Source: an uncultured Nitrososphaerota archaeon
GTDB taxonomy: Archaea; Thermoproteota; EX4484-205; JAAOZP01
Direction of reading: 5' to 3'
DNA length: 13,256 nt
Assembly (NCBI GenBank): GCA_964416155.1
Contig: CAYQCW010000003.1
Coordinates: forward strand, 134,418 to 147,673
Made by a program: the position numbers and the translations under genes. Below, in pieces: positions 7,657 to 13,256 of the stretch (positions are counted from its first letter, which is position 1; each line of letters begins with the position of its first letter). The notes under the pieces were generated by a model. That model did no database searches and was not told the DNA's origin. It saw only the letters and a list, made by a program, of their open reading frames with translations.

Positions 7657-8634
7657 CTATTTTTCCTGTCTTCTCGTGAACACCATGTATGAAGCCACCA
7701 GGAAAACTATTGGAAAAACAATGAGCACTATAATGTCTATCAAGCGTGTTGAAAGCACTGTAGGGATGCTGGCTATCGTGCCACCCCCCTGCCCAAATTC
7801 GAGAGGCCCGGCAGCGAAGCCGAAAAGCGAGTTGGCGATCTGCGTATAATGATAGTTTATTGAAAAAGTCTGTATTGCGCTCGAAATTTCAGATACTTTT
7901 CTACTGTAGCTCAAGTATTCCTCCAATTCCTGTGGGCTAGCACCCCCTGGGGTCGTGAAGTTTCCGAATTGCCTTCTACTCACGTTAAAAACTGTAACGG
8001 CTCTAGTTGGAGGAGGACCCAGTATAGCTGTCGCGATGAAGCTGCTCATTATGGATAATATGAACGCGAAGAAAATCCAGATGCCTATGCTGATTACAAG
8101 TGAATGGCTTGACTTGCTCGAGAATGTTGAGACGAAGAGTGCGAGTGCGTAGTATGCAAACGAGAAAACTATTGAGAAAACTATGAAGAGCCCAATCCTC
8201 GATACGTCGTCAACAGTCACCGAAATATTGTGCAGCAATATTGAGATGGATACTGCCGCTAAGGATGATACGGTTATGGTTAAACCTATTACAGCTAACG
8301 CCGATAGTATCTTACCGTTTATCACATCCTCCCTGTATATTGGTCTTGAGAGCAGGATTCTAAGGGTTCCACGCTCCCTTTCTCCTGATACAGCGTCAAA
8401 GGCCAGTGCTAGACCGAGCAATGGAGCCATGTATGCTGTTGCTGAAGCTATTGATGAATCTATCTGAACCATTGGCCTAGTTGCTTGCTGAACACCCATT
8501 CTGAAGCCGAAGGATGTTGAATAGGTACTGGCTATTGAAAAAAGTAGGAAAATGCCTGCGATCAGCCAGAGCCGTTTGCTGGTTACAGCGTCGGTAAATT
8601 CTTTACGCGCGATTGAAAAAGCGTTCTCCATCAT
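7657..8634 (-). CDS. ABC-2 type (NosY-like) transporter permease, 325 aa
   Basis: IARKEF.D N-terminus, PLLGLALAFDAVSGERERGTLRILLSRPIYR..VINGK signature, ~6 hydrophobic segments, C-terminal F.RR. ATGA overlap with the ATPase stop codon. Confidence 0.9.
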   Translation of the reverse strand: MMENAFSIARKEFTDAVTSKRLWLIAGIFLLFSIASTYSTSFGFRMGVQQATRPMVQIDSSIASATAYMAPLLGLALAFDAVSGERERGTLRILLSRPIYREDVINGKILSALAVIGLTITVSSLAAVSISILLHNISVTVDDVSRIGLFIVFSIVFSFAYYALALFVSTFSSKSSHSLVISIGIWIFFAFILSIMSSFIATAILGPPPTRAVTVFNVSRRQFGNFTTPGGASPQELEEYLSYSRKVSEISSAIQTFSINYHYTQIANSLFGFAAGPLEFGQGGGTIASIPTVLSTRLIDIIVLIVFPIVFLVASYMVFTRRQEK

Positions 8635-9584
8635 TTCTTATCATCCTCCTGATAGAAACGGTATATCTCCTCCCAAGATGGCTCTACAGGTGTTAAGGAT
8701 TCAACAATATCCTTATACGGGTTTCTCGTTAATAGTGAGAAGAGGCTACCTCCTATGTCGTTCCTGGTCAAAACGGTTACATGATTATCCCTCTGTGTTA
8801 TCTCTATCACGCCAAGTATAGATCTTATCTCCTGCAACGGCATCTCGCTTCCAGGTTTAACGCGAATCTCATAGCGAAAACCCTTCGCCTCCCTAACTGA
8901 CCGATATAGTTCATCCACGCTTCCCTGCACAAGTAGTCTTCCTTCACGTATTATTACAGCATGCGTGCATATCATACCCACCTCGTACAAGAGGTGTGTA
9001 GACAGTAGGACTGTCTTCCCTTCTCTGTTCATCCTTCTAACTAGATTTCTGAATTCAGCAGCACCCTCTGGATCTATCCCAACCGTCGGCTCGTCGAATA
9101 TTAAAAGCTCAGGATCCTTCAGCAAGGCTTGAGCTACTCCCAGCCTCTGCTTCATGCCACGTGAGAAAGTTGAAACCTTAGCGTTAGCCCTATCTTTTAA
9201 ACCGACCGTTTCAAGCACCTCTAACGCTCTTTTCTCCCTCTGGTCAGGGGGAACACCGTCGAGAGTTGCGAGGAAAACCAAGTTTTCAAGAGCAGTCATA
9301 TGGTCGTAGAAGCCGAAGCCCTCTGGAAGCAGGCCGACCCTCCTCCTTATTTCCACGGAGTCTCTAGCAGCGTCGAAGCCCAGCACCCTAGCGCTTCCGC
9401 TCGTCGGCAACAATAATCCGACTAGGATTGAGATTAGAGTCGTCTTCCCAGAGCCATTGGGACCGAAGAGCCCGAAGACGCTTGCCTTAGGCACCTTCAT
9501 ATTGATGCCATTAAGAGCCTTCAACATAGTCTTTCCGTTACCGTAAATCTTAACCAGTTTCTCAGTCTCTACAGCTAGACTCAT
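8631..9584 (-). CDS. ABC transporter ATP-binding protein (ABC-2/DrrA-like), 317 aa
   Basis: Walker A GPNGSGKTT, signature FSRGMKQR, Walker B/D-loop LLIFDEPTVGIDP, H-loop STH. SD GGAGGTGA upstream. Confidence 0.95.
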   Translation of the reverse strand: MSLAVETEKLVKIYGNGKTMLKALNGINMKVPKASVFGLFGPNGSGKTTLISILVGLLLPTSGSARVLGFDAARDSVEIRRRVGLLPEGFGFYDHMTALENLVFLATLDGVPPDQREKRALEVLETVGLKDRANAKVSTFSRGMKQRLGVAQALLKDPELLIFDEPTVGIDPEGAAEFRNLVRRMNREGKTVLLSTHLLYEVGMICTHAVIIREGRLLVQGSVDELYRSVREAKGFRYEIRVKPGSEMPLQEIRSILGVIEITQRDNHVTVLTRNDIGGSLFSLLTRNPYKDIVESLTPVEPSWEEIYRFYQEDDKK

Positions 9585-9590
9585 GGTTTT

Positions 9591-9598
9591 TCACCTCC
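9591..9598 (-). promoter_or_regulatory. Shine-Dalgarno GGAGGTGA overlapping the upstream stop codon
   Basis: Minus strand reads AGGAGGTGA-AAAACC-ATG. The TGA is the stop codon of the NEW3 gene, indicating translational coupling within an operon. Confidence 0.8.
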
Positions 9599-11357
9599 TC
9601 CCATACCTACGGTAGATCAGTAGCATTGCCCCAACCATAATAACCACGATCAACGCTCCTATTAGCACAACTTCCCCTCTCTGCTTAACGTAGATATGGA
9701 GGCTACGGGTAGCTGCCTGACTCTGATCTGCCTTAAGGCTTAAAGTAGCGTAGTAGTCGCCCGCACTTATGTCAGCATCGCTAGTAACGGTCAGTGAGAA
9801 AACAACGTTTTCCTGAGGCTTAAGCAACGACACGAGGCTCGGGTCAACCTTAATGGTGAACCCGCTTGGCACGTCGGACACCTCAAGCTTGAGATTCGAA
9901 AGCGAGCTGTAACCGGTGTTCTTAACCTCAACCTGAAAAACCATTGTTTCGCCGGCTGTTGTCTCGCAGTAGAAATTCTGAGTTACATATGTGACGCTAT
10001 ACCATCCCAGTATTCCCAATCCTAGGTTAAGCCTGCCGACAGATCCATCCGTATTAGCCTCCACAACTATTGACAACACGTCTGGCTCAGCCAGTGGAGG
10101 TATGCTTACAATCACGTTCAGCTTCTTGGCTTCACCGGCCTTCACGTAAATCTTGGATACAACGCTTCCAGAAAAATCCTTCACCATCCAGTTGTAGCCT
10201 GAGGGAAGCCCAGTTATGTTGATGCTTACAACCCCGTCTGAGTCACCTGTGTTTTCAACCTCTATTGGATAGTTACTAGTACCCCCAGCGTAAGCATCAA
10301 CGTAAGGCATGTCCGTTCGAAGTCTCAACCTAGGAGTACCCTTAACAACCATCACTGTAAGGGGGAATGTTGAATCAAAATCATTTGTTTTAAAGAGGAC
10401 AATAACTTTGTAACTTCCTGAAGCCGTGTCTAAAGGCACATTTATCTTCGCCTTAATGTTAACTGATTCACCTGATCCTAATGAGACACCGTATAGGACA
10501 CTGCCGTCGCTTTTAACAACACTGCCAGTCCAGCTGGCTGGAGGACTTAGGGATATTGTTCCCGTTAACCTTTCGGATAAAACGTTCCTGATGGTTAGAT
10601 CGAAGACTATTGTGGAGCCGGGTTGAGCCTGAGCAACCGGGTAGGTTGAGGTTAAGATTTGAAGACTTTTCTTCTCAACATATAAGGAGACGGTTTTCTC
10701 CTGGATTATTGAGCCTAAAAATCTTATTTTCAGACTGTAGAGTCCTTGCGCGTTGTATGGAATCTTTATCTTTAAGTTAAGGTTTTGAACGCTTCCCTGG
10801 CTCAGCGTCAGGTTCACTATTTCAGCCGAACCCGAATAGACTCCTGCCTCCCATCCCTCAGGAGCCTCAACCAAGATTGTCACCGTCTCCTCTTCCAACC
10901 TCTTGTTCTCCATCGATACAGGGATACTGACCTCCGAGAAAGACTCAACCTTCAGGTAGGTTTGAGATATTGAAACCTTTGGTGAAAAGTCTAGAATGAT
11001 TTCCTCCAGATCTACGGAGGGCCTGTTTAGGCTAACGGTTATAGTTCTACCCTCATACCCTTTCTTCTCGAGCTGAATCCTATAGGTTCCGCGGTCTAGG
11101 CTGATCGCGAACCCCCCGTTGAGAAGAGTCCATGTTCTAGTTATGAACGCTCCCGAGGAATCGTAAATTGTGACAGCCACGTTGCTTAAAGGATTACCGT
11201 TGACATCCTTCACGGAGCCGAGAACAGTGTATGATTCCCCGGAGACAGGGATTAATTGATAGGAAGCCAGCAGCATTATTATGGGGATGATAAACCGGGT
11301 TTGACGTTTAATACTTGTTTTAGCGATGCCTATTTTCTTTAGATCCCCGTTTTTCAT
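9591..11357 (-). CDS. Secreted, C-terminally membrane-anchored surface protein: carboxypeptidase-regulatory-like domain plus ~4 NEW3/Ig-like repeats, ~588 aa
   Basis: Basic then hydrophobic signal peptide (KRQTRFIIPIIMLLASYQLIPVSG). GSVKDVNGNPLSNVAVTI...GTYRIQLEKKGY. Four ~110-aa repeats with N...P-x-G/S-W/Y/F (APEGW, PPASW, LPSGY, VPSGF). C-terminal TM plus YRRYGRR. ATG 11357 is preferred over 11381 because 11381 abuts the TATA box and its first codons are the operator palindrome. Confidence 0.85.
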   Translation of the reverse strand: MKNGDLKKIGIAKTSIKRQTRFIIPIIMLLASYQLIPVSGESYTVLGSVKDVNGNPLSNVAVTIYDSSGAFITRTWTLLNGGFAISLDRGTYRIQLEKKGYEGRTITVSLNRPSVDLEEIILDFSPKVSISQTYLKVESFSEVSIPVSMENKRLEEETVTILVEAPEGWEAGVYSGSAEIVNLTLSQGSVQNLNLKIKIPYNAQGLYSLKIRFLGSIIQEKTVSLYVEKKSLQILTSTYPVAQAQPGSTIVFDLTIRNVLSERLTGTISLSPPASWTGSVVKSDGSVLYGVSLGSGESVNIKAKINVPLDTASGSYKVIVLFKTNDFDSTFPLTVMVVKGTPRLRLRTDMPYVDAYAGGTSNYPIEVENTGDSDGVVSINITGLPSGYNWMVKDFSGSVVSKIYVKAGEAKKLNVIVSIPPLAEPDVLSIVVEANTDGSVGRLNLGLGILGWYSVTYVTQNFYCETTAGETMVFQVEVKNTGYSSLSNLKLEVSDVPSGFTIKVDPSLVSLLKPQENVVFSLTVTSDADISAGDYYATLSLKADQSQAATRSLHIYVKQRGEVVLIGALIVVIMVGAMLLIYRRYGRR

Positions 11358-11380
11358 TGTTACTACAATTGGTAGTAACA
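11358..11380. promoter_or_regulatory. BlaI-type operator 1: TGTTACTAC-AATTG-GTAGTAACA
   Basis: Perfect 9-bp inverted arms with a 5-bp spacer. The core TACTAC-N5-GTAGTA fits the TAC(G/T)AC-N5-GT(A/C)GTA pattern I recall for M. tuberculosis BlaI (Rv1846c). It lies next to a BlaI-family gene. Confidence 0.8.
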
Positions 11381-11383
11381 TCC

Positions 11384-11391
11384 TTTATAAA
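11384..11391 (-). promoter_or_regulatory. TATA box (TTTATAAA) for the NEW3-ABC operon
   Basis: Consensus archaeal TATA box between the two operators, ~27-30 nt from ATG 11357 on the minus strand. Confidence 0.7.
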
Positions 11392-11393
11392 CG

Positions 11394-11412
11394 TTACTAT
11401 TTCATGTAGTAA
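11394..11412. promoter_or_regulatory. BlaI-type operator 2: TTACTAT-TTCAT-GTAGTAA
   Basis: Second copy of the palindrome with one mismatch (C to T). Its centre (11403) is 34 bp from the centre of operator 1 (11369). Confidence 0.75.
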
Positions 11413-11415
11413 GGG

Positions 11416-11423
11416 TTAAATAA
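11416..11423 (+). promoter_or_regulatory. Putative TATA box (TTAAATAA) for the blaI-protease operon
   Basis: Ends 28 nt before ATG 11452, which has no SD (leaderless spacing). Operator 2 covers the expected BRE position just upstream. Confidence 0.55.
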
Positions 11424-11451
11424 TCACGTTTAGAGTAATAGTAAGAAAAAA

Positions 11452-11898
11452 ATGCGTCGAGGAGCTGCAAAAATATCTCAGTACAACATTGAAGGAAAGG
11501 AGATTCAAGCCTTCTTAGGTCCATTAGAGACAAGCATAATAGAGGTCATGTGGAGTGCTAAGCAGCCCCTTACGGTTAGAGATGTTTATGAGAGGCTTAG
11601 GCGGAGAAAAAGAATCGCATACACTACCGTTATGACAACGATGGATAGGCTTTACGAGAAGGGATTGCTTGACAGGCGGGTGGAGAAGGGGAGGGGGGGA
11701 GTCCTCTACGTGTATTGGCCAAAGTTTGAAGAACATAGTTTCAAAAAATCCGCTGTCCACGAGGTTTTAAATAGTCTCGTGGAAAATTTTGGAGATATTG
11801 TTGCAAGCTACCTGGTTGAAAGAATCTCTTCGGAGGAAAAAGAGTTTAAAGATTTGAGGGATAAGCTGGAGAAAGCCTTAAGGAGAAAAGGAGGTTGA
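11452..11898 (+). CDS. BlaI/MecI/CopY family winged-helix transcriptional repressor, 148 aa
   Basis: LGPLETSIIEVMW...PLTVRDVYERL...AYTTVMTTMDRLYEKGLL.R. The recognition helix AYTTVMT resembles that of actinobacterial BlaI. Helical C-terminal dimerisation region. No CopY-type CxC tail. Confidence 0.93.
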   Translation: MRRGAAKISQYNIEGKEIQAFLGPLETSIIEVMWSAKQPLTVRDVYERLRRRKRIAYTTVMTTMDRLYEKGLLDRRVEKGRGGVLYVYWPKFEEHSFKKSAVHEVLNSLVENFGDIVASYLVERISSEEKEFKDLRDKLEKALRRKGG

Positions 11899-11904
11899 TG
11901 AAAA

Positions 11905-13256
11905 ATGTTATCTATCGGTCTAAATTATATTCTCCTCCAGCTTTTCCAACCGTACTTTTACTACTCCATCACCCTACTCGTGGTTTCATTCATTTGTGTC
12001 AAGGTTCTCGTGAAATATAATCGTCTACTAACAGCCAAGGTGAAAAGCCTGTGCTACCTGTTTCCGCTTACAATCCCTGTTTTACTCATAGCGACTTCCC
12101 CTTGGCCAATAACGAGGCTACTCTTAGAGGTTAAGGCCTCAGGCTACAGTCCGCGTAACAGTCCACTAGCTCTACATCTCAACCCTTATATTGCTACGCT
12201 TCCTCCTCCGATGGATTTTAACCACGTTAAGCTGCTTGACAACCCGCCCATAACAAGCATTCTTCTTGCAGCCGGGTTAACACTATCAGCTTTTTACCTA
12301 CTTGTAACAGTAACCTTAAACGATAGAATCGCTAAAAGAGTTTTACGCATAGTTGAGCTTGAGCCCAGCGAATACGAATCGTTACAGAGAAGGGTTAGAG
12401 AACTCTCCGGGAAACTCGGGATTAACCCTCCTAGGATTGGGCTTGTGGAAGATTTAAGGCCAAATTCCTTCACAATAGGGTATGGGCAGAGGACGATGCT
12501 AGTATTCTCACTAGGCATTCTCAAGACCCTGAAGGAAAGTGAGTTAGTTGCAGTCGCAGCCCACGAGCTGTCCCACGTGAAAAACAATGACTTTCTGTTT
12601 AAAACGATATCGGTCGCACTGGCATTATTATCCTTCTTTAACCCTTTTGCGTATTTTGCGTCTGCAACAGCTCAAAGGGAAAGGGAGATTCTTGCCGACG
12701 AAGAGGGTGCGCGAATCTTAGGTAAGCCGGAGCTTCTGGCAAAGACACTTGCAAAGATATATGAGGCGTCCCGAGCGTTTCCTAAAGAGGGCATTATATC
12801 CCGCTTAGCATCCGGCTTACTCTTGTCTTCGCCGACCTCTTTAGGAAGCATGCTTCTTTCAACTCATCCAAGGCTGGATCAGAGGATTGAGAATATCAGG
12901 AGGCTGGACAAGGGAGGAGAACCTGCCCACGTCAACCCATTATTGTCGATAACAATATCCATCCTAATAATCGTAGCAGGAATAACGAGCACGTATTATC
13001 TTGCTTCCATTCAAAGCTTCTTCATAAGGCAGTATTTTCCAACGAACCTCTTTAAGATGCCTCTAGAGGAAAAAAGATTGCTTCCAACACACAGTTCAGA
13101 AGGCATGGAGAAAATAGGCTTATTCAGCTTCTTTAAACTCAGGAACGCCTCCCCTAATGATTTCACCAAACAGCGCTTCAGAATAATGGTTCTAAAGAGA
13201 GGGGAGGGCAGTCCAAATTATCACCCTGCCGGCAAACCTCGTTTAAACATTTATTC
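11905..13256 (+). CDS. BlaR1-like M56/M48 integral-membrane zinc metalloprotease (3'-partial, >=450 aa; absent from ORF track)
   Basis: Hand translation from ATG 11905 (SD GGAGGT at 11890-11895) is open to the window end: MLSIGLNYILLQLFQPYFYYSITLLVVSF..., PNSFTIG, VAAHELSHVKNND (HExxH at 12562-12576), FFNPF, RERE.LADE, STHPRLDQRI, then a further TM helix (LLSITISILIIVAGI). Confidence 0.92.
   Translation, partial: MLSIGLNYILLQLFQPYFYYSITLLVVSFICVKVLVKYNRLLTAKVKSLCYLFPLTIPVLLIATSPWPITRLLLEVKASGYSPRNSPLALHLNPYIATLPPPMDFNHVKLLDNPPITSILLAAGLTLSAFYLLVTVTLNDRIAKRVLRIVELEPSEYESLQRRVRELSGKLGINPPRIGLVEDLRPNSFTIGYGQRTMLVFSLGILKTLKESELVAVAAHELSHVKNNDFLFKTISVALALLSFFNPFAYFASATAQREREILADEEGARILGKPELLAKTLAKIYEASRAFPKEGIISRLASGLLLSSPTSLGSMLLSTHPRLDQRIENIRRLDKGGEPAHVNPLLSITISILIIVAGITSTYYLASIQSFFIRQYFPTNLFKMPLEEKRLLPTHSSEGMEKIGLFSFFKLRNASPNDFTKQRFRIMVLKRGEGSPNYHPAGKPRLNIY

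Noticed and set aside
11358-11381. ORF-track start of the NEW3 gene at 11381
   Set aside because: It is only 2 nt from the TATA box and the extra codons coincide with the operator palindrome. ATG 11357 fits the promoter spacing.
11452-11898. CopY copper repressor, or a true beta-lactam resistance locus
   Set aside because: There is no C-terminal Cys motif and no copper ATPase, beta-lactamase or PBP gene in the window.
11898-12020. 40-codon ORF starting at the TGATG overlap with the blaI stop
   Set aside because: It is out of frame with the protease ORF. The SD GGAGGT is only 2 nt from this ATG but properly spaced (9 nt) for ATG 11905.
249-12587. Short alternative-frame ORFs in the track (e.g. 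1022-1468, 2736-3149, 5361-5729, 8183-8467, 11524-11760, 12294-12587)
   Set aside because: They are antisense shadows of well-supported genes and carry no recognisable motifs.

Overview
Archaeal-looking chromosomal window. The domain call is an inference from TATA-box promoters, GGAGGTGA ribosome-binding sites, AGG/AGA/ATA codon use and a Thermococcales-like insert in the RNR. Left to right: an intein-free class II (AdoCbl-dependent) ribonucleotide reductase tightly followed by a CobO/BtuR-type corrinoid adenosyltransferase; an ~800 bp AT-rich gap; a divergent, internally shortened GCS2/YbdK-like carboxylate-amine ligase; an ATP-dependent DNA ligase; and a GNAT acetyltransferase. The right half is a divergon. 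A minus-strand operon encodes a membrane-anchored NEW3-repeat surface protein, an ABC ATPase and an ABC-2 permease. It faces a plus-strand BlaI/MecI/CopY repressor and a BlaR1-like (M56/M48) membrane zinc protease that the ORF track missed because it runs off the window end. The strongest signal is two TACTAC-N5-GTAGTA-type palindromes, matching the mycobacterial BlaI operator pattern, that sandwich an archaeal TATA box in the divergent promoter. This points to a BlaI/BlaR-type proteolytic switch wired to archaeal promoters and controlling an uncharacterised surface-protein/ABC cassette.
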